This document shows, piece by piece, positions 9,782 through 19,301 of a stretch of DNA of 64,000 bases. The DNA is taken from NCBI GenBank assembly GCA_964463925.1, contig CAYXDV010000002.1, positions 19-64,018 of the forward strand, in the 5' to 3' direction. The notes below the pieces were generated by a model. That model did no database searches. It was not told the DNA's origin and saw only the letters and a list, made by a program, of their open reading frames with translations. Source of the stretch: an uncultured Gammaproteobacteria bacterium (lineage in GTDB: Bacteria > Patescibacteriota > Microgenomatia > UBA12405). How positions within the stretch are numbered: the first letter of the stretch is position 1; the number at the start of each line of letters is the position of its first letter. A program made the translations under genes and the position numbers.

Positions 9782-10716
9782 TCCATTGGATCATTTACTA
9801 AATGGACTGCAATATTCAATACTGAACTTAAATATTTAGCCATATTCTTTGTTTGTGCCAAACCACCTGCCAAAATCAAACCCCTGTCCATAATATCAGC
9901 AACCAGCTCTGGTGGAGTTTGGGCCAAAACCGAACCAGCCAGGCCGACAATATGATTCAGGCTATCTTTTAGGGCTTCATATAGCTCATCACTGCCAATA
10001 TTCACACTTTTTGGCAAACCATATACCACATCTCGCCCCATCACTTCTATTTTTTCTGGATGTTTTGGACGGACAGCTTCAAAATGTTGTTCTCTTAAGG
10101 TCCTTGCTCCTCCATATCCAATAAGTAAATTGTGTTGTTTTCGAAAGAACTCTACCAAACGTTCATCCATATCCCCACCACCAAATCGAATCGATTTGGC
10201 CGCTACCACCCCACCCAAGGCCAGAACAGCTGACTCTGAGATGCCCTCACCCAAATTCATCACCATATTTCCAAAGCTTTCAGCAATTGATATTTTTGCC
10301 CCCAAGGCAGTTGCCAGTGGGCCATCTACTAACAAAACTTTCACAGCCCCCGCAGCTTTAACTGCATCAGTTAATGCTTTTTGCTCCACTTGATTGGTTC
10401 CGTATGGCATTGGAAGCAAAACTTGGGAACCAAATAGCCAAGACATTTTTGCCACTTTTTTCAAAATGTGAGCCACAAAAATCCTCGTCGCCTCAAAATC
10501 CCTTACTACGCCTTGACGCACTGGCCTTACTACTTCCATATACTCTGGTTGTTTACCCTCCATTTCCAAGGCATCCTCGCCAATTGCCAATAGCTTATGG
10601 TCTTCGCTTCCCCAAACCAAAACCGTGGGTTCAGTCAAAATCAATCCAACACCAACTTCCCATACCCTGGTAGTTCTACTTCCAAGATCAATTGCAAATT
10701 TTTTTAAAACAGCCAT
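9715..10716 (-). CDS. mreB: MreB/Mbl-family actin-like ATPase
   Basis: N-terminal IDLGSRTTRVWE...ILTEPTVLVW matches the MreB phosphate-1/connect motifs (IDLGTANT...VLNEPSVVA). LVDGPLATALGAKI matches phosphate-2 and NLGEGISESAV matches the adenosine motif. Confidence 0.7.
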   Translation of the reverse strand: MAVLKKFAIDLGSRTTRVWEVGVGLILTEPTVLVWGSEDHKLLAIGEDALEMEGKQPEYMEVVRPVRQGVVRDFEATRIFVAHILKKVAKMSWLFGSQVLLPMPYGTNQVEQKALTDAVKAAGAVKVLLVDGPLATALGAKISIAESFGNMVMNLGEGISESAVLALGGVVAAKSIRFGGGDMDERLVEFFRKQHNLLIGYGGARTLREQHFEAVRPKHPEKIEVMGRDVVYGLPKSVNIGSDELYEALKDSLNHIVGLAGSVLAQTPPELVADIMDRGLILAGGLAQTKNMAKYLSSVLNIAVHLVNDPMECTIRGAGIIYENLSVYERAIR

Positions 10717-10751
10717 GCTACATTCTAACAGAGCAATTGTTATAATTAACC

Positions 10752-11957
10752 ATGTCCAAACTGCCCTTGGAGAAGATCTTTATTCCCACAGTCACTACTA
10801 GTGTGGTCGTAGCCACCGTTCTAGTAACTCTATATATACAGGGTTATCGTTTAAACCTTAACCGACAAGATCCAAACTCAAAACTCCTAAAAACCACCGG
10901 TATTCTTGCTGTCACCTCCCTACCCAAATCCGCAGCTGTCTATTTGGACAACAAATTAGTAGCCAGCACTGACAACAGCTTAACCCTAGACCCAAAAAAT
11001 TATCAACTCAAAATTGTCAAAGATGGTTATTTACCTTGGCAAAAAAATTATCAAATTAAACCAGAAGTAGTATTTACTACCAGCGCTAATTTGTTCAAAT
11101 CAGTTCCCAATCTTGAACCGATCACTCTATCCGGTGCTATTAACCCAAAATTGAGTTCAGACGGCAAGATAATTATCTTTGCTGTTAATTCAGCTGCCGC
11201 TAGTAAAGATAATGGTTTGTATTTATACGAAACCAACAGTAATTTAAATTTGATCAAAACCAATCCAAGGCAGATTGCTCCCAATTTTCCTCCGCTTGAT
11301 TGGGCCAAGGCTGTTTTTGAAATCTCGCCAAACAATCGTCAAGCACTTGCTTATTTCGGTACTGCCACCTATTCTTTTGATTTAATTGATAATTTAACCA
11401 GTAAATCTCTAACATTGCTTGATTCCAAGGAAATCCTCAATCTAAAAAAAGCTTGGCAAGATCAAAATGATTCCCTACTTGCTAATGAACTAAATAAACT
11501 ACCTTCAAATTTACAACCCTTTGTAGCTAGTTCTAGCGCCAATTCTTTGATATTTAACACTAGTAAAGACAAACTAATTTACCAGGCAAGCCAGGAGACC
11601 ACCTTGGGTTTCCAAATCAAGCCAACCATGCCTGCTCGAAGTACTCAAATAGAAACCAGACAAATAAAAACAGGTCAATATTATATCTATGATCTAATTG
11701 ACGATACAAATTATTTCCTGGCAGATGGTAAAAATATCCTTCGCCCACAATGGATACCCGACACAGACAATTTAATTTTTATTAAAGATAATCAAATCTA
11801 CGTTCAAGACTATGATTCAACCAACTCCCAGGTTATTTTTGCCGGGAGCTTTGACCAACATATATTGTCCAGCACTTCCGATGGAAAAAAATTAATCCTA
11901 CTAACCTCCCCTTATCCTGGAGCCAGCCAAAACCTTTACACCATAACAGTCCGCTAA
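10752..11957 (+). CDS. membrane-anchored PEGA-domain / beta-propeller (TolB-like) protein
   Basis: N-terminal TM helix. PEGA-like segment VTSLPKSAAVYLDNKLVAST...LKIVKDGYLPW. The C-terminal half has repeated beta-strand-rich segments reminiscent of TolB/WD40-like propellers. Confidence 0.5.
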   Translation: MSKLPLEKIFIPTVTTSVVVATVLVTLYIQGYRLNLNRQDPNSKLLKTTGILAVTSLPKSAAVYLDNKLVASTDNSLTLDPKNYQLKIVKDGYLPWQKNYQIKPEVVFTTSANLFKSVPNLEPITLSGAINPKLSSDGKIIIFAVNSAAASKDNGLYLYETNSNLNLIKTNPRQIAPNFPPLDWAKAVFEISPNNRQALAYFGTATYSFDLIDNLTSKSLTLLDSKEILNLKKAWQDQNDSLLANELNKLPSNLQPFVASSSANSLIFNTSKDKLIYQASQETTLGFQIKPTMPARSTQIETRQIKTGQYYIYDLIDDTNYFLADGKNILRPQWIPDTDNLIFIKDNQIYVQDYDSTNSQVIFAGSFDQHILSSTSDGKKLILLTSPYPGASQNLYTITVR

Positions 11958-11966
11958 TCTAATTTC

Positions 11967-12413
11967 TTATTTACAAACAGTCTGCAGAATTTCTTTGATC
12001 CTAAAAACCACAAATTCAACATTTTGAGAACTGGAAGAATTGGCAATCACACTTCTAACCATTTCCTGTGCTTGTGCAGCATTAATACAACTTGTACTTA
12101 CCCCCAAAACAGCTTGATTTGATCCAGCTAGTTGCATGGCTAATCTGGAATCAGAAACAGTCCGTCTGGCCACAAAACCACTAGATGCCCGTCGCAAATT
12201 AGCCAAATGCATAGCTTTAACGCTATTTACCTTAGCCATAATCTCTAGCCTATCTTGAGCTGCGGTAACTTCTTCCCCTGCAGTATAAAACTTCAAAGGC
12301 AACATAACTGCCAAACTCAAAACTAACCCCATAATTAGTGTTCTTGTATTTGCAGCATTCTCAGATAGTTTTCTCATATAAATCAGACTAGAGAAAATCA
12401 AACTTACTGTCAA
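11967..12413 (-). CDS. hypothetical membrane-associated protein (148 aa)
   Basis: Intact ORF with an N-terminal hydrophobic segment. It overlaps the upstream methyltransferase gene by 4 nt, which suggests an operon. Confidence 0.4.
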   Translation of the reverse strand: MTVSLIFSSLIYMRKLSENAANTRTLIMGLVLSLAVMLPLKFYTAGEEVTAAQDRLEIMAKVNSVKAMHLANLRRASSGFVARRTVSDSRLAMQLAGSNQAVLGVSTSCINAAQAQEMVRSVIANSSSSQNVEFVVFRIKEILQTVCK

Positions 12414-12916
12414 GCACCAATCAAATATAGATTCATTTTACCAACTGTTTTTTTTACCTTGGCCTCAGTTATTGCATAATCGTTTGTCACTAGTCTAATT
12501 TTCACTCCAGCAGATATTATCTTTTTGTAAAGTCGGTTCATAAATTCTGGAAACTGATATAAATAGACAATTTGTGCTTTTGAAAAATCAGCCTGCCACA
12601 TGCTTTTCCACTTAATTTTAATAAATTGCGACAATCCCGCTTTATCAATCTTTCTTCTGCTAATCCACACCAACCACGGGTTTATTTCATAACCAATCCC
12701 ATATACACCTCTTTGAGCAAATTCAATCAACACTCTTCCATCTCCAGAACCTAAATCGATAACCGTCTCACCTTCCTTAACTTTTGCTAATTTTATGGCC
12801 CTGTGTACTGCTTCTAGTCTAGAAGGAAAATACACTGCCCCTGGCTGCAAAAACTGACAATAAACCAACCACCCCAAAACCATAAAATCCAAAATAAGCA
12901 ATCCTACCAATATCAT
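12410..12916 (-). CDS. class I SAM-dependent methyltransferase with N-terminal TM helix
   Basis: Motif I VIDLGSGDGRVLIEF (GxGxG) followed by acidic motif II (GYEINP). 168 aa. Confidence 0.7.
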   Translation of the reverse strand: MILVGLLILDFMVLGWLVYCQFLQPGAVYFPSRLEAVHRAIKLAKVKEGETVIDLGSGDGRVLIEFAQRGVYGIGYEINPWLVWISRRKIDKAGLSQFIKIKWKSMWQADFSKAQIVYLYQFPEFMNRLYKKIISAGVKIRLVTNDYAITEAKVKKTVGKMNLYLIGA

Positions 12917-12954
12917 CCTGATCTAAGTATAGCAACTTGATTATTTCTAAACTG

Positions 12955-13028
12955 TCGGAGATACAGGATTCGAACCTGCAACCTCAGCGTCCCGAACGCT
13001 GCGCGCTAGCCAATTGCGCCAATCCCCG
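12955..13028 (-). tRNA. tRNA-Pro (anticodon CGG)
   Basis: Reverse-strand cloverleaf folded by hand. Acceptor CGGGGAT/ATCTCCG has one G-U pair. D-arm GCGCAATTGGCTAGCGC. Anticodon stem CAGCG/CGCTG with loop TTCGGGA. T-arm GCAGGTTCGAATCCTGT. CCA is not encoded. Confidence 0.8.
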
Positions 13029-13307
13029 TGATTAAATGTATTTTAGCAACCAACTTCTTGTATTTAAACTCAGGTTTTATTTCTGCTACAATTTGCAAGC
13101 TTTCTAAATGTATTTGCTCTTTTAATAAAAAATTACAAGTCTACTAGGCTTGCCTATTTTTGATCTATTTAGGTAAACTATTAGCAGTTGACTTTATTTT
13201 CTGATAACAGATAGTTAAACAACGATTATTTGTTAATATCCAGCAAAAATTTAAATAAAGTTATCTAGGTAATTTTTGACTTCTATTAAGAGTCTTCACA
13301 AATATAA

Positions 13308-13382
13308 GTCCAGGTAGTTCAACGGATAGAACGGCTGCCTCCTAAGCGGCAAATCCGGGTTCAATTCCCGGCCCGGACACCA
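13308..13382 (+). tRNA. tRNA-Arg (anticodon CCT), CCA encoded
   Basis: D-arm GTTCAACGGATAGAAC. Anticodon stem GCTGC/GCGGC with loop CTCCTAA. T-arm CCGGGTTCAATTCCCGG. Acceptor GTCCAGG/CCCGGAC has one A-C mismatch at 5-68. Terminal ACCA. Confidence 0.7.
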
Positions 13383-13969
13383 TCTATTTTTTGCTTTCTC
13401 TGTCTTCTATCTATTTAGTTTTACAAGAGTAATCTTCACACCAGAAAAAACAGTATCATTTGACAGATTTTGATATCATCAAGTACGGAATATTGTAAAT
13501 TACCGTATAACTTGAACTTAAATTACATTTTTTACCGCTTCAATAACCGTACAATACCGCAAATTAATTACCGTATAAATGGGTCATAATAATACTATCA
13601 ATTATATACTTTAAATATCATTTTAACCGAAAATACAACTTCACTATCAAACCAACTCAATACGTTTTTTTCTACAAAAAACAACTAACGCAGAGAGAAA
13701 AAAGCTAAAAGTTGCAATTTCATATTAAAAAATGTCTACTATGCATTTTTTAATAGCCAACAATAATCACACCTAACTCTTTATGTCTTTTTATTGTTAT
13801 TAAAAACAGATTTCTGTCATGTGCTAAAAATTATTCTTATAGGAATGTTCTTTTACTTTTACTTATTTTTACCTTCCTTTCAAGATTTTTTGCAAAAAAA
13901 CTTCTTTATCACTACAAACTACTTAGTGCTAAAATTTGTCAATACACGTATAAGTCAATACTATTGAGT

Positions 13970-15205
13970 TCATTTATTCGAAGTTAGTAGCAAAGAGCTG
14001 ATTTTCCCTGGTTCTAAAAACTGTTTAGCATAGTCAATCACCATTTCTAGGCTAATTTGACGATAATTATTGAGTTCTAATTCCAAATCTACTAACCTAC
14101 TTTCCAGTAATACTTTTTGTCCTATAAACTCAGACCAAAAAGTTACTTTATCCATCTGCATGCCAATATTTCCCAGCAAGAATTCTTTTGCTTGCACCAC
14201 CAACTCCTCATTAATCCATTTATTAAAGTCGGTAATTTCACTAATCGTTCTCTTCATTATCTCAGTTGCTTTGCTTTTGCTTACCCCCGCCTGAATCCCA
14301 CCAAAACCAAATTCAGAGATATTCTCACTAATTGATTGAACATAATAAGCAGCCCCCAACTCTTCTCTAAGAAGATAGGTCAAACGGGCCGAAAAATTTC
14401 CAGCAAGCAAAATATCAACCAAACGACTGGTCCAATACTTGGGGTCGCTTTTGGCAACTGCCATCCAACCAAGGCAAAAATGGGCTTGGTCTACTTCTTT
14501 TTTAACTATTTTAGAAAAGTTATTTGCTTTGATTACTAAATTACCCAAACTATCTCCAGTTGTTTTCCAAACTTCCCACGGAAACCTAATATCATTTTTA
14601 AATTTATCAAATTTTTTTCTATCACCCGCAACAACTATCACTGTCCTTTTTGAATCAAGCATTTTTTTTCTAAAATCGTGCATTTTTTTGCTATCTATGC
14701 TCATCAAATCATTTTCATTGCCCAATATATTCCAGCAGCCTGTTTTACCTGAGTCGATAAACATTTCAGCAAAATCAGAGGATAAGCGCATCATTGGATT
14801 ATCTTGATACATGGCAATCTCCTCAAGTACCACCCCCCTTTCTTTTTCCAGTTCAATTTGTTCAAACAATGGATTGATAATTATTTCGGCCAACAATTTA
14901 CTAGCCCAGGCTAATTGTTCCGGTAGACATTTAATATAATAAGATGTAGATTCTAAGCCAGTAGCAGCATTGTACGATACTCCTTTACTATCCAGCTCTT
15001 TAAATAGATCTTTGGCTTTTGGTATGTTCTTTGTACCCTTAAAGGCCATGTGTTCCATAAAATGGGACATACCAAATTCTTCTTTCTCTTCGTATTTTGA
15101 ACCTATTTGTACAAACACTTCCACAATAGCACTATATAGTCCAGGAGTATCAACCCATACTATTCTTGCTCCGTTATCTAAAGTAGTTAATTCAAATCGG
15201 CTCAT
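13970..15205 (-). CDS. M16-family zinc metallopeptidase (pitrilysin/insulinase-like)
   Basis: Inverted zinc-binding motif HFMEHMAFKGT (HxxEH) near the N-terminus. 411 aa, typical for an M16 peptidase. Confidence 0.85.
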   Translation of the reverse strand: MSRFELTTLDNGARIVWVDTPGLYSAIVEVFVQIGSKYEEKEEFGMSHFMEHMAFKGTKNIPKAKDLFKELDSKGVSYNAATGLESTSYYIKCLPEQLAWASKLLAEIIINPLFEQIELEKERGVVLEEIAMYQDNPMMRLSSDFAEMFIDSGKTGCWNILGNENDLMSIDSKKMHDFRKKMLDSKRTVIVVAGDRKKFDKFKNDIRFPWEVWKTTGDSLGNLVIKANNFSKIVKKEVDQAHFCLGWMAVAKSDPKYWTSRLVDILLAGNFSARLTYLLREELGAAYYVQSISENISEFGFGGIQAGVSKSKATEIMKRTISEITDFNKWINEELVVQAKEFLLGNIGMQMDKVTFWSEFIGQKVLLESRLVDLELELNNYRQISLEMVIDYAKQFLEPGKISSLLLTSNK

Positions 15206-15224
15206 TTGAATCCATTATAACCTA

Positions 15225-17717
15225 TTACACTACCAGATTTATCATTTTCCCCGGCACATACACAGCTCTTTTCACTTCCCTACCAGCCAAATACTTAAAA
15301 ACAGCCTCAGCTTCCATGGCTTTCCTCTTTATTTCTTCTTCTTGATCAACTTCTTCAACTGCTAACTTTATTTCACCCCTAATCTTTCCATTGATACAAA
15401 CTGGTACAACCAATATATCATTAACTATCTTACTAGCATCAGCTAATGGCCAAGGACTTTGGTGTACACTATCAGTTGATAAATTCAGTTTCACCCACAG
15501 TTCCTCTGCCAAATATGGCGCATACACTGCCAACATGGCCAGAATCTTACCCAGATCTTGTCGATTTACTATCATTTCTTCCTTCTGTAAGTTATTTACC
15601 AACTCCATTAATTTGGCCACCGGAGTATTAAATTTAAATTGAGCCAGATCTCGACTTATATCCTCAATTGTTTTATTAATCCAACTAGCTTCCTTAGCTC
15701 CTGTTTCTCCACCCTTGCTTAGTTTTTGCTCCATCATTTTTTCCATTTTATTCAAAAATCTGGCTACCCCCACCAAAGTTTTCTCATTCCAAGCCATAGT
15801 TGCTTCAAAAGGTCCCATAAACATCATATAAGTCCTAAGTACATCCACCCCATATTTTTGGGAATAATCTTCTGGCACAATTACATTCCCCCTGCTTTTG
15901 CTCATTCTAGAACCATCAGGTCCCAAAATCACCCCGTGAGATACACGTTTATCATATGGTTCTGGTACCGAAACTACCCCCATGTCGTACAAAAAGTTCA
16001 TAATAAACCGAGAATACAAAAGGTGTAAAGTATTGTGTTCATCACCACCTATATATACATCTACCGGTAGCCAGTATTTTTGTTTATCTAAATTCTCCAC
16101 AAAAACTGATTCTCTATCACTTTCAAGTTGGCCACAAAAGTTTTTCCACACCTGAGGCATCAAATATCCCACAAAATACCAGTCGCTACCTCCCCAATTA
16201 GGCATCGTATCCGTTTCCCTTTGTCCGATTATCACTCCAGTCTCATCTTTCACTTCTACAAATTCCTTAATTTTGGCTAAGGGACTTTCTCCCGTTTCGG
16301 TTGGTTCATAAGCTTCCACTTCGGGCAATTTAACAGGTAAATCTTTTTCTTCTACCGGACCCCAATCCTCAGATCCTTCCTTCTTCCACATCGGGATTGG
16401 TTCACCCCAATAATGTTGCCGGGAAAATATCCAATCACGCAAATGGTAAGTAGTCTCCCTTTGGCCAATATTATTTTCTTCTAACCAGGTGATAATTTTT
16501 TCTTTAGCCCTACTGGTCGTCAGTCCATCTATAAGTTCAGAATTAATAGCTACACCCTCCTCTTCCATAGGCTGCAACTCGTTCAATTGTTGCTCAGTCT
16601 TCCCAGCATCTTTTACTACCATCTTTACCTCCAATCTATATTTTTTTGCAAATTCCCAGTCTCGTTTGTCATGACCAGGTACCAGCATAATCGCCCCGGT
16701 TCCAAAACCAGCCAATACATAATCAGCAATCCATATAGGAACCTTTTCCTGATTAATTGGATTAATTGCCCACAAACCACTAAATACTCCGCTTTTGTCT
16801 TTGTTTAAATCAGTCCGCTCTAAATCGGACTTATTTTTTATTTCTTCTACATATTTCCTAATCTCTGGTTTATCCAACAACCCAGCCACCAATTCATGTT
16901 CCGGAGCTACCACCAGGGCGCTAACTCCATAAATTGTATCTGGTCTGGTTGTAAATACCTCTAACTTCTTTCCCTGTCTATTCTGTTCCAATTCAAATCT
17001 AATTTTTGCCCCTTCTTTTTTCCCAATCCAGTTTATTTGACTGGCTTTTACTTTGTCAATAAAATTAGTTTTCTCCAAACCAGACAATAGCTTTTCGGCA
17101 TATTCGGTAATCTTAAAAACCCATTGTCCCATTTCTCTTCTTTCTGTCTTGGCCCCACATCTCTCACATTTTCCATCTACCACTTCTTCATTGGCTAAAC
17201 CAATTTTGCAACTGGGACACCAATTTATGTTCATTTTCTGTTTTTGGGCCAAACCTTTTTTCCAAAGTTGTATAAATATCCACTGTGTCCATTTGTAATA
17301 ATTTGCATCCGTGGTGTTTAACTCCCTTTGCCAATCAAAACTCATAGCCAAATCCTGCATTTGCTCTTTAAACTTGGCACAATTTTTCTCAGTTACTGCT
17401 TGGGGTCTTTGCTTAGTCTTTATGGCGTGGTTTTCGGTAGGCAAACCAAAAGCATCCCAACCCATTGGACACAAAACATTATATCCCTGCATTCGGTAAA
17501 ATCTGGCATAAACATCAGCAGCTGTAAAAGAAAACGCGTGACCAATATGCAGTCCAGTTCCTGATGGATAGGGAAACTCCACTAAAATATATTTTTTACC
17601 CTTACTCTTAAAACCTTTCGCCTTCTCAAATTCCTCCTCGCCATCATAAGCTTTATACAAATCCGGTCTTTTCTTCCATTCCTTTTTCCACTTTTCTTCT
17701 AGCTCCTTAAAATTCAT
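15225..17717 (-). CDS. leuS: leucyl-tRNA synthetase
   Basis: Class I aaRS. HIGH motif (PYPSGTGLHIGHAFSF), GWDAFGLPTEN and KMSKS (RMSKSRGN). 830 aa, matching bacterial LeuRS. Confidence 0.9.
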   Translation of the reverse strand: MNFKELEEKWKKEWKKRPDLYKAYDGEEEFEKAKGFKSKGKKYILVEFPYPSGTGLHIGHAFSFTAADVYARFYRMQGYNVLCPMGWDAFGLPTENHAIKTKQRPQAVTEKNCAKFKEQMQDLAMSFDWQRELNTTDANYYKWTQWIFIQLWKKGLAQKQKMNINWCPSCKIGLANEEVVDGKCERCGAKTERREMGQWVFKITEYAEKLLSGLEKTNFIDKVKASQINWIGKKEGAKIRFELEQNRQGKKLEVFTTRPDTIYGVSALVVAPEHELVAGLLDKPEIRKYVEEIKNKSDLERTDLNKDKSGVFSGLWAINPINQEKVPIWIADYVLAGFGTGAIMLVPGHDKRDWEFAKKYRLEVKMVVKDAGKTEQQLNELQPMEEEGVAINSELIDGLTTSRAKEKIITWLEENNIGQRETTYHLRDWIFSRQHYWGEPIPMWKKEGSEDWGPVEEKDLPVKLPEVEAYEPTETGESPLAKIKEFVEVKDETGVIIGQRETDTMPNWGGSDWYFVGYLMPQVWKNFCGQLESDRESVFVENLDKQKYWLPVDVYIGGDEHNTLHLLYSRFIMNFLYDMGVVSVPEPYDKRVSHGVILGPDGSRMSKSRGNVIVPEDYSQKYGVDVLRTYMMFMGPFEATMAWNEKTLVGVARFLNKMEKMMEQKLSKGGETGAKEASWINKTIEDISRDLAQFKFNTPVAKLMELVNNLQKEEMIVNRQDLGKILAMLAVYAPYLAEELWVKLNLSTDSVHQSPWPLADASKIVNDILVVPVCINGKIRGEIKLAVEEVDQEEEIKRKAMEAEAVFKYLAGREVKRAVYVPGKMINLVV

Positions 17718-17765
17718 GAAGAATTATACTATACAGACTAGCTAGAAGGCCTAAGCAGAGAATAT

Positions 17766-18104
17766 CTAACGAGAATTTCTCTCCACCTCTCCTCTACACA
17801 TAAGCCTCTCCACTGCTTGCATCTCTTTCCCGGTTTTTGGCATACAATCTCTGAAAACTATCCCTCCATGGTATCCACCACTCTTCATCATTTCCTCAAC
17901 TAGACCGTCTCTCTTCCTCCGAAATAAAGCAACAGCACCTGTTGGGTCACCAGCTTGTAGTAATTCCAACTGCAATTGTCACTTTCTATAGTCCATCTCA
18001 GAAGGAGGCAAAGCTCCAGAAACTCCAGCCACCCAAAGATTCCCCCTAGTAGTAGCTTCACTCAATTTGAGTGCCATATTTACAAGTTCGTTTGCACCTG
18101 CCAT
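17766..18104 (-). pseudogene. two in-frame small ORFs (41 aa + 69 aa) separated by a single TGA, in a GC-elevated patch
   Basis: My translation of the reverse strand gives MAGANELVNMALKLSEATTRGNLWVAGVSGALPPSEMDYRK, then TGA, then QLQLELLQAGDPTGAVALFRRKRDGLVEEMMKSGGYHGGIVFRDCMP... continuing in frame. Local GC is about 45-52 % against about 35 % background. Confidence 0.25.
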
Positions 18105-18131
18105 ACGCAATTATATCTTATAATCTAAAAA

Positions 18132-18398
18132 TCAAGCTATCTCCATTTTAGCCTGAAATCCACCGTCTACCACCTGGCCACTATTAGCATACGAGCCAGG
18201 ACAACCCGATCCACCCACATGTCTTGGCTGAGCTTTCCGTCTCTTTCCAACTTTCTCATTTGTCCCTCGTCCTTCATAATATGACCATGATCTCCCACCA
18301 ACATTTAGTCCACCACCATCTCTTAAAACCACATACTTGCCCCTATTTTTCCACAGCCCTCTAGTATCAGGTCTTTTTTGCTCCACCAAATTCGTCAT
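18132..18398 (-). CDS. Gly/Arg-rich small ORF (88 aa) coupled to the comEC stop, in a GC-elevated patch
   Basis: ATGA overlap with the comEC stop. Sequence ...YVVLRDGGGLNVGGRSW...RHVGGSGCPGSYANSG. No family recognised. It may be a gene fragment. Confidence 0.3.
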   Translation of the reverse strand: MTNLVEQKRPDTRGLWKNRGKYVVLRDGGGLNVGGRSWSYYEGRGTNEKVGKRRKAQPRHVGGSGCPGSYANSGQVVDGGFQAKMEIA

Positions 18399-19252
18399 CG
18401 AATTTCTTTTTTAATTTTATAACCAGCTATTCCAATTAAAATTATATACCAAACTACCACCAACCATTTTTGCGGCATAAAATTTATTTGAGCCACAGGC
18501 CACTTGGAAAAACTATCACTTAAATATATCAAGCAATCAACCAAGCATCCTGCTAAGTAGAATAGTTTTTGCCCAAGACAAGGAAAAATTATATATCCAA
18601 CAGTTCCCAAAAATCCCCCAGCCGTTATTAACTCTACCAAAGGCATCACTATCGGTCCTACAACCAAACCAATTAGGCTTACCTTACCAAAAGCCAGTCC
18701 CAACATCGGCCACAGCCACAGACTAACCCACCAATTTTTTCTGAATTGATCTATCAACCACAATCGACTCCGTGGTGCACTAGCCATACCCACAAAGGCC
18801 ACTATACTTAACCAAAAAGACAAAGATAAAAACATATCTCTGTCAGCCAAAAATACCATTAGACACACCAAAACCAAAGCTCTACTCCATACAAATTGTC
18901 TACCAATAATTTCTGCCCCATAGCGGATACATAACAATAGAATTGCTCTGACAATGGGTGGGTTAAAGCCAGATATCCAAGCATACCACCAACCCAGTAT
19001 TAAACCCACAACAATTGACTTTTTCCTACCAATCAACCAAGCAAACACTTCTATCGCTCCACCAACTAACCAAAATACATTTGCCCCACTTGCCACCATA
19101 ATATGTGCCAATCCAATTATTTTTGTTTGCTCGTAGTCCTGCCAACTCAAACCATTTTTAAATCCCCAAACGATTCCTTGAATATACCCAGCTTCTTCAC
19201 TTGGCAACAGTAGTTGTGGTATTGATAAAATTAGATCTCTGCCCCAATCCAT
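18395..19252 (-). CDS. comEC: ComEC/Rec2-family DNA-uptake channel protein (core competence domain only)
   Basis: Polytopic membrane protein. IIGLAHIMVASGANVFWLVGG matches the ComEC signature (tGtaHLlAISGlhv). 285 aa, with no metallo-beta-lactamase domain. Confidence 0.65.
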   Translation of the reverse strand: MDWGRDLILSIPQLLLPSEEAGYIQGIVWGFKNGLSWQDYEQTKIIGLAHIMVASGANVFWLVGGAIEVFAWLIGRKKSIVVGLILGWWYAWISGFNPPIVRAILLLCIRYGAEIIGRQFVWSRALVLVCLMVFLADRDMFLSLSFWLSIVAFVGMASAPRSRLWLIDQFRKNWWVSLWLWPMLGLAFGKVSLIGLVVGPIVMPLVELITAGGFLGTVGYIIFPCLGQKLFYLAGCLVDCLIYLSDSFSKWPVAQINFMPQKWLVVVWYIILIGIAGYKIKKEIR

Positions 19253-19301
19253 ACTTAATTTTACCCCTAGTACTTTCTTCCAAATTGTTTCACACTAAAG
19301 G

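Noticed and set aside
13276-13306. TTGACT ... AATATA promoter-like hexamers just upstream of tRNA-Arg
   Set aside because: The spacing puts the -10 element inside or overlapping the mature tRNA 5' end. That is not a convincing promoter, and AT-rich sequence gives such matches by chance.
17979-17981. Alternative genetic code (UGA = Gly as in Gracilibacteria/SR1, or UGA read-through) suggested by the in-frame TGA joining two small ORFs
   Set aside because: Long genes (LeuRS 830 aa, giant 2166 aa, Rho, RadA) are full length under the standard code, with TGA acting as a stop elsewhere. A single in-frame TGA is better explained by a pseudogene.
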